A stretch of 64,000 nucleotides of DNA from an uncultured Planctomycetota bacterium (GCA_963823665.1 CAWGMQ010000008.1:256001-320000), one strand, 5' to 3'. Shown: positions 49,960 through 64,000, numbered from the stretch's first letter. Made by a program: numbers and translations. The notes: generated by a model from the sequence alone, not told the origin.

Positions 49960-52900
49960 ATGCCACGCCGATGGGTGAAGATACTGTTCGCGCGGAATCG
50001 GCAGAGAACGCGAAAACGATTCTTGCCGTCGGACCGGCGCCGCTTGCTTGGGCTTGAGGTGCTGGAAGAAAAATAGCGCCCGCCACTGTCACCTGGAACA
50101 ATCTCGCCGGTGGCGACTGGGACACTGCCGCCAACTGGACGGACAACCTGGGCACCCATCGGTTGCCTGGCGCCAGCGACGACGTCGTCATCGGCAGCCT
50201 GAACACCGGCGCCTCCGTCACACATGCGAGCAACGTTTCCGATTCCGTCAACAGCGTCACCGCGACCGCTCCGATCAGCCTCTCGAAAGGCACGCTGACC
50301 GTCGCGGGCAACTTCAGCGACAGCAGTACGGTAACGCTTGCCGGTGCGACTCTGGCAACCGCGACGGTCGCCGCGGGGACAGTCCTCAACAACACCGCCT
50401 CGAGCACCTTGCAGGATGTCATTCTAGAGAACTCGAGTGTCAATGTGACGTCGGGCAAACTGAGTTTGACTGGCGGCGGCAGCAGCACCGGCGGCAGCTT
50501 CAGCATCAGTTCCGGAGCCACGCTCGGATTCGATAGCGCCTATTCGCTCAACAGCACGTCCAGCGTTACCGGCGCCGGCACCAGCGAGTTCGGCTCCGGG
50601 GCCGTCAACTTCCAGACCAATCAGGCCGCCTACAACGTCACAGGTGCACTGACGGTGGACGGCGGCACGGTCACCTTCGGCAGCGGAGACAAGGTCGGCG
50701 GCACCGTGAGCGTATCGGGCGGTACGGCCGGTTTGAGCGCCGGCAGCGCGGCGACCTCCGTAGGAACAGTGAATGTCAGTGGCAGTGGCACGCTCAACTT
50801 CAGCACGGGATCGAGCGTCGCCGTCACCACGCTGAGCCTGACGGGCGGCACTCTGACCGGCACGGACGCCATCACGGTCAGCGGCGTGACCACCTGGTCG
50901 AGCCAGAGTACCCTGAGCGGCGCGGGCACGCTCATCGCTCAAGGGGGGCTGAACATCAGCGCGCCGGGCGGGACTGGCTTCGCCACGCTCAACACCCGCA
51001 CTCTGGAGAACTTCGGCACAGCCACCTTCACCGGCAGCGGTTTCTTTCAGATGCAGAGCGCCACCATCATCAACGAACCGGGGGCGACCTGGAACCTGGA
51101 GACCGAAGGTCTCTCCGTGAGCAGTGGCAGCGATACCTTCAATAACGAGGGCACGCTCAACAGCACCGGCTCGAGCGCGATCAATGTGACGTTCACCAAC
51201 AGCGGCAGCGTCGCGGTCAATTCCGCCACCCTCACCCTGGGCAGTGGCGGCAGCAGTAGCGGCGGCAGTTTCACCGTCCCTGCCACCACCACCCTCGACT
51301 TCGACAGCAGTTACGCCCTCAACGGCACCACCCAGGTCAGCGGCCTGGGCAGCGTGACGCTGGCCGCCGGCACCCTCACCCTGGCCAGCGGAGTCACCTT
51401 CGACGTCACCGGCGGCCTGACCGGCACCGGCGGGTCGGCCACGTTCGGCTCGGGAGATACTTTCGGGCCCAGCATCGTTCAAAAGGGTAGCGGCACCATC
51501 GTCTTCGGTGCCGGTACCAGCTTGCCCACACTCGGCACCCTGTCCGTCAGCAATGGCACGCTGAACTTCAGCACCGGTTCGAGCGTCACGATCACCACGC
51601 TGAACCTGACCGGTGGCACTCTGACCGGCACCGACACCATCACGGTCAGCGGCGTGACGACGTGGTCGAGCCAGGGTACCCTGAGCGGCGCAAGCACGCT
51701 CATTGCTCAAGGGGGGCTGAACATCAGCGCGCCGGGCGGGACTGGCTTCGCCACGCTCAACACCCGCACTCTGGAGAACTTCGGCACAGCCACCTTCACC
51801 GGCACCGGTTTCTTTCAGATGCAGAGCGCCACCATCATCAACGAACCGGGGGCGACCTGGAACCTGGAGACCGAAGGTTTCTCGGTGAGCAGCGGCAGCG
51901 ATACCTTCAATAACGAGGGCACGCTCAACACCACCGGCTCGAGCGCGATCAATGTGACGTTCACCAACAGCGGCACCGTCGCGGTCAATTCCGCCACCCT
52001 CACCCTGGGCAGTGGCGGCAGCAGTAGCGGCGGCAGTTTCACCGTCCCTGCCACCACCACCCTCGACTTCGACAGCAGTTACGCCCTCAACGGCACCACC
52101 CAGGTCAGCGGCCTGGGCAGCGTGACGCTGGCCGCCGGCACCCTCACCCTGGCCAGCGGAGTCACCTTCGACGTCACCGGCGGCCTGACCGGCACCGGCG
52201 GGTCGGCCACGTTCGGCTCGGGAGATACCTTCGGGCCCAGCATCGTTCAAAAGGGTAGCGGCACCATCGTCTTCGGTGCCGGTACCACCCTGCCCACACT
52301 CGGCACCTTGTCCGTCAGCAATGGCACGCTGAACTTCAGCACCGGTTCGAGCGTCACGATCACCACGCTGAGCCTGACCGGCGGCACTCTGACCGGCACG
52401 GACACCATCACGGTCAGCGGCGTGACCACCTGGTCGAGCCAGAGTACCCTCAGCGGCGCGGGCACGCTCATCGCTCAAGGGGGACTGAACATCAGCGCGC
52501 CGGGCGGGACTGGCTTCGCCACGCTCAACACTCGCACTCTGGAGAACTTCGGCACAGCCACCTTCACCGGCACCGGTTTCTTTCAGATGCAGAACGCCAC
52601 CATCATCAACGAACCGGGGGCGACCTGGAACCTGGAGACCGAAGGTTTCTCGGTGAGCAGCGGCAGCGATACCTTCAATAACGAGGGCACGCTCAACACC
52701 ACCGGCTCGAGCGCGATCAATGTGACGTTCACCAACAGCGGCACCGTCGCGGTCAATTCCGCCACCCTCACCTTGGGCAGTGGCGGCAGCAGTAGCGGCG
52801 GCAGTTTCACCGTCCCTGCTACCACCACCCTCGACTTCGACAGTGGTTACGCCCTCAACGGCACCACCCAGGTCAGCGGCCTGGGCAGCGTCACACTGGC

Positions 52901-55900
52901 CGCCGGCACCCTCACCCTGGCCAGCGGCGTCACCTACGACGTCACCGGCGGCCTGACCGGCAGCGGCGGGTCTGCTACGTTCGGGTCCGGAGATACGTTC
53001 GGCCCCAGCATCGTTCAAAGCGGTGGCGGCACGATCGTCTTCGGTGCCGGCACCAGCTTGCCCACACTCGGCACCCTGTCCGTCAGCAATGGCACGCTGA
53101 ACTTCAGCACCGGTTCGAGCGTCACGATCACCACGCTGAACCTGACCGGTGGCACTCTGACCGGCACCGACACCATCACGGTCAGCGGCGTGACGACGTG
53201 GTCGAGCCAGGGTACCCTGAGCGGCGCAAGCACGCTCATTGCTCAAGGGGGGCTGAACATCAGCGCCGGGCGGGACTGGCTTCGCCACGCTCAACACCCG
53301 CACTCTGGAGAACTTCGGCACAGCCACCTTCACCGGCACCGGTTTCTTTCAGATGCAGAGCGCCACCATCATCAACGAACCGGGGGCGACCTGGAACCTG
53401 GAGACCGAAGGTTTCTCGGTGAGCAGCGGCAGCGATACCTTCAATAACGAGGGCACGCTCAACACCACCGGCTCGAGCGCGATCAATGTGACGTTCACCA
53501 ACAGCGGCAGCGTCGCGGTCAATTCCGCCACCCTCACCCTGGGCAGTGGCGGCAGCAGTAGCGGCGGCAGTTTCACCGTCCCTGCCACCACCACCCTCGA
53601 CTTCGACAGCAGTTACGCCCTCAACGGCACCACCCAGGTCAGCGGCCTGGGCAGCGTGACGCTGGCCGCCGGCACCCTCACCCTGGCCAGCGGAGTCACC
53701 TTCGACGTCACCGGCGGCCTGACCGGCACCGGCGGGTCGGCCACGTTCGGCTCGGGAGATACTTTCGGGCCCAGCATCGTTCAAAAGGGTAGCGGCACCA
53801 TCGTCTTCGGTGCCGGTACCAGCTTGCCCACACTCGGCACCCTGTCCGTCAGCAATGGCACGCTGAACTTCAGCACCGGTTCGAGCGTCACGATCACCAC
53901 GCTGAACCTGACCGGTGGCACTCTGACCGGCACCGACACCATCACGGTCAGCGGCGTGACGACGTGGTCGAGCCAGGGTACCCTGAGCGGCGCAAGCACG
54001 CTCATTGCTCAAGGGGGGCTGAACATCAGCGCGCCGGGCGGGACTGGCTTCGCCACGCTCAACACCCGCACTCTGGAGAACTTCGGCACAGCCACCTTCA
54101 CCGGCACCGGTTTCTTTCAGATGCAGAGCGCCACCATCATCAACGAACCGGGGGCGACCTGGAACCTGGAGACCGAAGGTTTCTCGGTGAGCAGCGGCAG
54201 CGATACCTTCAATAACGAGGGCACGCTCAACACCACCGGCTCGAGCGCGATCAATGTGACGTTCACCAACAGCGGCACCGTCGCGGTCAATTCCGCCACC
54301 CTCACCCTGGGCAGTGGCGGCAGCAGTAGCGGCGGCAGTTTCACCGTCCCTGCCACCACCACCCTCGACTTCGACAGCAGTTACGCCCTCAACGGCACCA
54401 CCCAGGTCAGCGGCCTGGGCAGCGTGACGCTGGCCGCCGGCACCCTCACCCTGGCCAGCGGAGTCACCTTCGACGTCACCGGCGGCCTGACCGGCACCGG
54501 CGGGTCGGCCACGTTCGGCTCGGGAGATACCTTCGGGCCCAGCATCGTTCAAAAGGGTAGCGGCACCATCGTCTTCGGTGCCGGTACCACCCTGCCCACA
54601 CTCGGCACCTTGTCCGTCAGCAATGGCACGCTGAACTTCAGCACCGGTTCGAGCGTCACGATCACCACGCTGAGCCTGACCGGCGGCACTCTGACCGGCA
54701 CGGACACCATCACGGTCAGCGGCGTGACCACCTGGTCGAGCCAGAGTACCCTCAGCGGCGCGGGCACGCTCATCGCTCAAGGGGGACTGAACATCAGCGC
54801 GCCGGGCGGGACTGGCTTCGCCACGCTCAACACTCGCACTCTGGAGAACTTCGGCACAGCCACCTTCACCGGCACCGGTTTCTTTCAGATGCAGAACGCC
54901 ACCATCATCAACGAACCGGGGGCGACCTGGAACCTGGAGACCGAAGGTTTCTCGGTGAGCAGCGGCAGCGATACCTTCAATAACGAGGGCACGCTCAACA
55001 GCACCGGCAGCAGTACGATTAACGTGCCGTTTACGAACAGCGGCAGCGTCGCAGTCAATTCCGGCACGCTCATCCTGGCCGACGGTGGCAGCAGCAGCGC
55101 CGGCAGTTTCACCGTCCCCGCGGCCAGCACCCTCGACTTCGACAGTAGTTACGCCCTCAACGGCACCACCCAGGTGAGCGGCCTGGGAAGCGTGACGCTG
55201 GCCGCCGGCACCCTCACACTGGCCAGCGGCGTCACCTATGACGTCACGGGCGGCCTGACCGGCAGCGGAGGGTCGGCTACGTTCGGGTCGGGAGATACTT
55301 TCGGCCCCAGCATCGTTCAAAGCGGTGGCGGCACGATCGTCTTTGGTGCCGGTACCACCCTGCCCACGCTGGGCACCGTGTCCGTCAGCAGTGGCACGCT
55401 GAACTTCAGCACGGGATCGAGCGTCACGATCACCGCGCTGAACCTGACCGGTGGCACTCTGACCGGCGCGGACACCATCACGGTCAGCGGCGTGACCACC
55501 TGGTCGATCGCGAGCAACCTGACCGGCACGGGGACGCTCATCGCACAAGGGGGGTTGAATATCAGCTCGCCGAGCGGGAGTGGCTCCCCCACGCTCAACA
55601 CTCGCACTCTCGAGAACTTCGGCACAGCCACCTTCAGCGTCAGCAATCCCTTGGAATTGGAGAGCGCCACCATCATCAACGAACCGGGCGCGACCTGGAA
55701 CCTGCAAGCGGGAGGTCTCTCGGCGAATGGCGGCAGCGATACCTTCAGTAACGAGGGCATGCTCGCCAGCACCGGCACGAGCGCAATCAGCGTGACGTTC
55801 AATAACACGGGCACGGTCAATGTGCCTTCCGGCACGTTGAGCCTGACCGGCACCATCTCACAGTTCAGCGGCGGCACGCTGACCGGTGGTACCTGGGAAG

Positions 55901-58900
55901 CTTCCGGCGGCACCTTGCGCGGATTCTCCAGCGGCATCACGACCGACGCGGCCAGCATCATCGCCAGCGGGGCGGCGTCGAATTTCTACACGGGGACCAG
56001 CGGAACCACCAATGCCCTGACCACCTTGAGCAGCATCACCTCGACTGGAAGCGTGTCCCTTCAGAACGGCTTCAACCTCGCCGTCCAGGCGCCTCTTCTC
56101 AACGCGGGGGCGTTGACCCTCGGCTCCGCCAGCACGCTGACGGACAACAATCCAGTCCCACCAACCGGAGTGGCGCTGACCTTCAACGGCACCAGCGACT
56201 ACGTCCAGGTGCCCACCAGCCCCAGCCTGGACAGTGCGGCGTTGACCACAACGGCCACGTACGAAGCCTGGATCTATTTGAATCAACTGCCATCGACGGC
56301 CGGCCACATCATGGACATCGTGGCCAAGTCGGAAAACGGCAACGATCTGGACTTGCAGGTGGAGACCGACAACAAGGTCCATTTCTACGCGGGCAATGTG
56401 TCCCCCGACAGTGTCACCTCCAATACCGTTCTGCAAACCGGCCGTTGGTATTACGTCGCTGGCACTTTTCAGGCGGGGACGGGCACCTCGGGTTTGTTAC
56501 AGATCTACATCAACGGCAACCTCGATGCCAGCCAGTCCGGCCACTTCGCACGATCGACCAACTCGAACCCGCTCACTATCGGTATAAATTCCGTCGATCC
56601 GGGCCGCTACTTCAACGGCCTGATCGCCGGCACCAGTGTCTGGAACAACGTCCAGACGCAGGCCCAGATTCAGGCGTCCATGTCCAGCATCCAGAGCAAT
56701 GCGACCGGTCTGGTCGCTTACTTCCCAGGCAACCTTCCCGGCGACGGCGCGGGCACCACGCTCCATGATGCCACCGCCAACGCAAACAACGGCTTGCTGG
56801 GGAATGGAGTCCCTGCCAATGAACCGACCTGGACCATCCCCCCACCGGCCGGCATTTCAATCCTCGCGGGCGGCACGCTTTCGGGCACCGGAACGATCGT
56901 GGCCAACGTCACCAACAGCGGCACCATCATTCCGGCGACCAACGGCACGGCGGGAATCCTGCCCATCACCGGCAACTACGTGCAGACCTCCTCAGGCAAC
57001 CTGGATGTCGATCTCGGCGGCCTGACCGCCGGCAGCCAGTTCGACCAGCTAACCGTTTCCGGCAGTGCCAGCATCGCCGGCACGATGAACGTCGATGAAA
57101 TCAACGGTTTCGCGCCCACCAGCGGCAACAGCTTTCCGGTGCTCACAGCCGGCTCCACGTCCGGCCAATTCGGCAACATTAACGGCTTGCTGGCCGGTAA
57201 TCAGGTGTTGCTCGTCGCCAACTACAGTAACACGGCTGTGAGTCTTGTTGGCTACCAGGCCGGCGTTTTCGTCACTCCGACCGCCGGGCTCCAGACGACC
57301 CAGGCCGGCGGCACCGCCACCTTCACCGTCGTGCTCGACGGCCCTCCGGCGGCGAACGTCACCATCGGACTGTCCTCCAGCAACACGAGCGCGGGCGTGG
57401 TCTCACCCTCCCAACTGGTCTTCACGCCCCAGAACTGGAACATAGCCCAGTCGGTCACCGTGACAGGGGTCAATGATTTCATCGATCACGGCAGCCAGGG
57501 CCAGGCCTACACCATCATCACGGCCCCGGCGGTCTCCACCGATCCCGTCTACAGCGGTTTCGACCCCAGCGACGTGGCTGTCACCAATATCAGCACCATG
57601 ATCGCAGGCTTCGCCGTCACGCCGACCACCGGGCTGCAAACCAGCCAGGCCGGCGGTACCGCCGGCTTCACCGTCGCGCTCTCGTCCGAGCCGCTGGCCA
57701 ACGTCGTCTTCGCGCTGCTCTCCAGCAACACGAGCGCGGGAACCGAGTCGCCGGCCAGTCTGACGTTCACGCCGCAAAACTGGAACACGCCCCAACCGGT
57801 CACCGTGACCGGCGTGAACGACGGGATGGCAGACGGAAATGTTTCCTACACGATCGTCACCCAACCGGCGGTGAGCACGGATCCCCTGTACAACGCGCTC
57901 GACCCGCCGGACGTCGCGGTCACGAACCTGGGCACCAACCTGCTCGACTTGCAGGTGGCCAATCTCACCGAGACGCCATCAGCAAACTTGCAGTCCGGCA
58001 ACAACGTGACGGTAAGCTGGGACGACACAGTCACGGGCAACATCGCGACGCCGGCCGGCTTTTACGACAACGTCACCGTCACGAACACAACGACAGGGCA
58101 GACGCTGGTCAACACGCAGGTATTCTACAACCCTGCCACGGCGGGCAACGGCCCCATAGAGCCCGGTCAAGAGCGCGCCCAGCAGGACTCGTTCCAGTTG
58201 CCGAACGGGCCGGCCGGGGCCGGCCAGCTTCAGGTCACCGTGACCACCAACAGCACGAAGGCCTTCCCCGAATTCAACACGAGCGGGACTGCCTCCAGCA
58301 ACAACAGCGCCTCCCTCACCGTGACTTCGGCGCTGGCGCCATATCCGGATTTGCAGGTGACCAACCTGGCCGTGCAGCCTGCTACCGGCCTCCAGTCCGG
58401 CGGTAACCTGGTGGTATCGTGGAGCGACTCGAATACGGGCAACGGCTCCGTCGCCGGTTCGTTTGACGACAAGGTCACCATCACCAACCTGACCACGAAC
58501 CAGGTTCTGACCACCGGAACGGTACCGTACAATTTCAGTACCAGCGGCCCCATACTTGCCGGCGCTCTAGAGAACCAGCAGTTTTCCTACCGGCTGCCTG
58601 ACGGCACTCCCGGCGTCGGCCAGCTCCAGGTCACTGTCACCACCGACAGTGGCAACGCGATTTTTGAGTACAACTCGGCCGGGACCGCCGAGACGAACAA
58701 CACCACCAGCACCACCGTCACCTCCACCATCGCGCCCTATCCCGACCTGCAACCAACCAGCTTGCAACTGAGCAGCGCAACGGGCCTGCAATCCGGCCAG
58801 AACGTCACGGTCGAGTGGAACGATGCCAACACCGGCAACGGTGCCGCCGCTGGTTCCTGGACTGACACGCTCGTGGTCAAGAACACCACGACCGGCCAGA

Positions 58901-61900
58901 CCCTCGATACAGTCAACGTCCCTTACAACGGCACCGCTTCGGGCAACGGCCCGCTTGGCGCCGGAGAGTCCTACGCTCAGCAGACCACGATCCGCTTGCC
59001 GGATGGCGCCCCCGGTGTCGGCTCGATTCAGTTCACCGTGACGGTCGATTCGGCGAACACCATCTTCGAGTACAACAGCGCCGGAACCGCTGAGTCCAAT
59101 AATACCACAAGTATCACGCAGACCTCGACGCTTGCCGCTTACCCCGATTTGCAGGTGACGGGCTTGCAGCTCAGCCCCGCGACGGGCGTGCAGTCCGGCC
59201 AGAATGTCACGGTGCAGTGGAACGACACCAACACCGGCAACGCGGCGGCCGCAGGTTCCTGGACCGACAGCGTGGTCGTCATGAACACCACGACCGGGCA
59301 GGCCCTGGAGACCGTCACCGTTCCCTACAACGCGACTGCATCCGGCAACGGCCCACTCGGTGCCGGACAATCGAACACGCAGCAGTCCACGATCAGGCTG
59401 CCTGACGGTGCTCCGGGCATCGGCAGCATTCAGTTCACCGTGACCGTCAATTCGGCGAATACCATCTTCGAGTATAACTCGGCCGGGACCGCCGAGACCA
59501 ACAATACCGCGAGCACATCCGAAACCACCACTGCAGCTCCTTACCCCGACCTGCAGGTGGCGGGCTTGCAGCTCAACCCGGCGACCGGCCTGGAGTCCGG
59601 CCAGAATGTCACGGTGCAGTGGAACGACGCCAACACCGGCAACGGCGCGGCCACTGGCTCGTGGACCGACACGCTGGTGGTCAAGAACACCACCACGGGC
59701 CAGACGCTCGATACCGAGAGCGTTCCCTACAACGCGACCGCATCCGGCAGCGGCCCACTCGCTGCCGGACAATCGAACACGCAGCAGTCGACGATCAGGC
59801 TGCCTGACGGCACCCCGGGCATCGGCAGCATTCAGTTCACCGTGACCGTCAATTCGACGAATACCATCTTCGAGTATAACTCGGCCGGGACCGCCGAGAC
59901 CAACAACACCGCGAGCACATCGGAAACGGCCACCGCAGCCGCTTACCCCGACCTGCAGGTGATGGGCTTGCAGCTCAACCCGGCGACCGGTCTGGAGTCC
60001 GGCCAGAATGTCACGGTGCAGTGGAACGATGCCAACACCGGCAACGGCGCGGCTACTGGCTCGTGGACAGACACGCTGGTGGTCACGAACACCACCACCG
60101 GCCAGACGCTCGATACCGAGAGCGTTCCCTACAACGCGACCGCATCAGGCAACGGCCCACTTGCTGCCGGACAATCGAACACGCAGAAGTCGACGATCAG
60201 GCTGCCTGACGGCACCCCGGGCATCGGCGGCATTCAGTTCACCGTGACCGTCGATTCGGCGAATAACATCTTCGAGTATAACTCGGCCGGGACCGCCGAG
60301 ACCAACAATACCGCGAGCACATCGGAAACGGCCACCGCAGCCCCTTACCCCGACCTGCAGGTGATGGGCTTGCAGCTCAACCCGGCTACCGGCCTGCAGT
60401 CCGGCCAGAATGTCACGGTGCAGTGGAACGACGCCAACACCGGCAACGGCGCGGCCACTGGCTCGTGGACCGACACGCTGGTGGTCAAGAACACCACCAC
60501 CGGCCAGACCCTCGATACCGAGAGCGTTCCCTACAACGCCACCGCATCAGGAAACGGCCCACTTGCTGCCGGGCAATCGAACACGCAGAAGTCGACGATC
60601 ATGCTGCCTGACGGCACCCCGGGCATCGGCGGCATTCAGTTCACCGTGACCGTCAATTCGGCGAATACCATCTTCGAGTATAACTCGGCCGGGACCGCCG
60701 AGACCAACAACACCGCGAGCACATCGGAAACCGCCACCGCAGCCGCTTACCCCGACTTGCAGGTAACGGGCTTGCAGCTCAACCCGGCTACCGGCTTGCA
60801 GTCCGGCCAGAATGTCACGGTGCAATGGAACGACGCCAACACCGGCAACGGCGCGGCCTCCGGTTCGTGGACCGATACGCTCGTGGTCACGAACACCACC
60901 ACGGGCCAGACGCTCGATACCGAGAGCGTTCCCTACAACGCAACCGCATCAGGCAACGGCCCACTTGCTGCCGGACAATCGAACACCCAGCAGTCCACGA
61001 TCAGGCTGCCTGACGGTGCGCCGGGCATCGGCAGCATTCAGTTCACCGTCACCGTCAATTCGGCGAATACCATCTTCGAGTACAACTCGGCCGGGACCGC
61101 CGAGACCAACAATACCGCGAGCACATCGGAAACCACCACCGCGGCCCCTTACCCCGACCTTCAGGTGACGGGCCTGACCGCGACTCCTGCCACCGGGCTG
61201 CAGACGGGTAACACGGTCACGCTCAACTGGAATGACTCGAACACCGGCAATGCGGGCACTGGCACCTCCAGTTGGGTCGACGCGGTAGTCGTCACGAACC
61301 TGACCACCGGGGCAAAGTTGATCAATACGACCGTGCCTGGCGGCAACTCGATCAATGCCGGCCAATCGCAGGCCCTCAACGACACGTTGCGGTTGCCCGA
61401 CGGAAATGTGAGCGTGGGGCAACTTCAATTCACCGTTACCGTCGACGCGAACAACACGGTCTTCGAGTACAACGCCGCGGGCACCGGCGAAACCAATAAT
61501 TCCACCAGCATCACGCAGTCCGTGGCGCTGGGGCCTTATCCCGACCTGCAAGTCACCAACGTGGGGATCACCCCCTTGACCGGCATTCTCTCGGGCTCGA
61601 CCGTGCAGGTTGCCTGGGATGACGCCAACACCGGCAACGCCCCGACGACCGGACCGTGGTCCGACCGGCTCATTGTCGTTAACACGGCAACCGGCCAGAC
61701 CGTGTCCACCGCCACGCTGTATTACGACACGGGCGCCAATGGTCCACTCGCGGCGGGCGCCTCGGTCGCGCGGCAGTACGCGGTGAAGCTCCCCGACGGC
61801 GCTCCAGGCATTGGCCAGTTGCAGGCGACGATCCTGACCGACGTCTTCAACAACATCGCCGAATTTAATGCGGCGGGCACCGGCGAAACCAACAACTCCG

Positions 61901-64000
61901 CATCAGCCACCTTTACCTCGACCTCTGCCCTGTATCCCGACCTGCAACCAACCAATTTGCAGGTAAGCCCAGCGACGGGACTGCAGTCGGGCGACAAACT
62001 CACCGTCCAGTGGAACGACAGCAACTCCGGCACCGGGTCGGCGGCGACCGCCTGGACGGACACGGTCACGGTGCAGAACACCACGACCGGCGCGACGGTC
62101 GGCACCGTCAGCGCCGGGTATGATCCGACGGCAACGGGCAACAGCCCGCTGGCTTCCGGCCAGTCACTCGCGGAGAGCGCGCAGCTCACGCTGCCACAGG
62201 GCAACGCGGGTGTTGGAAACCTGCTGATCACGGTGACCGTGAACTCGACCAATTCCCTTTTTGAGGACAACGCGGCACACAACGCCCAGTCCAACAACAC
62301 GGCCAGCATCACGACTCTAAGTGGCCTGGCTCCCTATCCCGACCTGGCCGCCTCAGGCGTCACCTTCTCGCCGGCTTCGCCCATCGTCGGCGACCCGGCC
62401 CAGGTGACCGTCGGCTGGACGGTGACGAACCTGGGCACCGGACCGACGTCAGCCGGTTCATGGGTGGACGACGTTGTTTATTCCTCCGATGACAACCCGG
62501 CCGATGGTCACTTGCTCGCAAGTTTCACCCACACCGGCGACCTGGCTGTGAACGCGAGCTATACCCAGAGCCAAACGTTCCTGTTGCCGCCGGCCTTCGA
62601 GGGTCAGTACCACCTGTTCGTGGAAACCAACGCGACGAACACCGTTTTTGAGAACGGTTCCACGGCAAACAACGATGCGGAGGCGAGCAGCCTCTTCGAC
62701 GTGACGCCGACACTTTATGCCGACTTGATCGTCTCCTCCGTGACGGCCCCCTCCACGGCGGCCAGCGGTCAATCTCTTGCCGTGAACTGGTCGGTGGCCA
62801 ACCAGGGTATCGGCATCACCAATCCCGGCTCGTGGGACGACAGCGTGAGCCTGGCCACCGACCCGCTAGGCCAGCACATCGTCGCGGGCCTCGGCACCTT
62901 CGCCCACACCGGCGCGCTCTCCCCTGGCGGCAGCTATTCAACTTCCGGCGACGTGACCCTGCCCAACGGCATCAGCGGCACGTACTACGTCGTCGTCAGT
63001 ACCATCGGGCCATATGAATTCCTCTACACGAACAACAACACGACCGTCTCCGGCCCGATCAATGTCACGCTCACGCCGGCACCGAACCTGACGGTGACCA
63101 GCATAGCGGCCAGCGCCAGCACGGTGCCGTCCGGCTCGACCTTTGACGTGACCTGGACCGTGCAAAACGTCGGCGCCGGCGATGCCGACGGCTCCTGGCC
63201 GGACGTCCTCAACCTGGTGGAAGCCCCCGGCGGCTCCAACCGCACCATCGGCCTGGGCAGTTTTACCTTCAGCGGGACCCTGAGCGCCGGTAAATCGTAT
63301 ACGCGCACCGAGAAGTTTACGCTGCCCGCGGACTTCCAGGGTGTCTTCGAGGTGGTCGTCAGCACCGACCCCGCCGATCCTACCGGCCACCGCGCGCTCT
63401 ACGAAGGGACTACGGGCATCAACGAGACGACCACCGACCCCGATCCGATCGTCGTGACTCAGCCGCCGAACCCCGACCTGCAAGTGGAATCGATCACCCC
63501 CGCCGCGCCCACGTTCCAGGCCGGCGGCACCCTGGGACTGACGTTCGACGTCATCAATCAGGGGACCGTGGCCACCAGCACGCCCCACTGGACCGACAAC
63601 GTGTACCTGTCGCTGGACAACACGCTCAGCGAGGACGACATTTTGCTAACGTCCGTGGGCAATCAGTCGGCCCTTCAGCCCGGGGAAAGCTATCAGAGCA
63701 CCGTCTCCAACATTCCGATCTCCAAGGCCGATAGCGGCGCGTATTACTTGATCGTGGAGACCAACGCCAACAACGCCGTCGATGAGTACCCCAACGGCAA
63801 CAACGACACCCTGGCCGTTCCCATCACGATCAATCCCTTCCTCCCGTCCGACCTGGTTGTCTCGAATGTGATCGTCCCGACGCAGGCCATCGCCGGCAGC
63901 CAGGTGCAAGTCACCTGGACCGTGACCAACCTCGGGCTGGCGCCGACTGATCTATCGTCATGGACCGACGGCGTCTGGCTGGCCACCGACAAGACGAAAT
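49960..64000 (+). CDS. Giant extracellular adhesin-like protein (>4600 aa, runs off window): LEXLE leader, beta-helix-like repeats, LamG, two Calx-beta-like domains, about 16 CARDB-like domains; frameshifts at ~50073 and ~53263
   Basis: RRRLLGLEVLEEK(I)APA leader and WxxxxGGDWxTAANW. The frame from 53281 appears open to the window end, with repeated PYPDLQV motifs. Confidence 0.9.
50787..55800 (+). repeat. About 6.5 tandem 768-bp (256-aa) coding repeats
   Basis: Marker ggcacgct(c/g)aacttcagcac at 50787, 51555, 52323, 53091, 53857, 54625 and 55393. Confidence 0.95.
59137..61160 (+). repeat. Five near-identical 402-bp (134-aa) CARDB-like repeats
   Basis: (P/A)YPDLQV starts near 59137, 59539, 59941, 60343, 60745 and 61147. 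Confidence 0.92.

Noticed and set aside
50424..55707. Long antisense ORFs of 971 and 815 aa
   Set aside because: They are shadows of the GC-rich repetitive sense gene with no protein-like motifs. The same applies to 57-1109, 18723-19973, 20379-21578 and 27748-29382.

Overview
This is a GC-rich bacterial window whose gene content points to a planctomycete, probably Isosphaeraceae-like (inference). The markers are DUF1549/DUF1553 and DUF1501 genes, ECF sigma factors with long membrane-anchored C-terminal extensions, a Ser/Thr kinase-TPR protein and a giant 'LEXLE' leader surface protein. Left to right the window holds: TPR and DUF genes; an orphan sugar-ABC ATPase; a tandem trio of paralogous extended ECF sigma factors, each preceded by the same GGAAC-N17-GCAT(G/T)AT promoter motif; an FRG-domain gene pair; a DUF1549-DUF1501-WD40 operon; a kinase followed by a colinear 734-bp C-lobe-only copy; an ECF-thioredoxin fusion; a molybdenum cofactor operon (xdhC, MocA-like-MoaD fusion, moaE, moaA); HU/IHF, pcm, an M24 peptidase and higBA; tRNA-Gln(UUG) with accessory genes; rex, ribD, lpxA and a Gfo/Idh/MocA gene; and a >14-kb repetitive adhesin-like gene running off the right end. 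About a dozen genes carry 1-2 bp frameshifts in GC-rich or homopolymer contexts, most likely long-read consensus errors. I found no CRISPR array, rRNA, transposase, integrase or reverse transcriptase. All family assignments come from motif recognition by eye, not from database searches.
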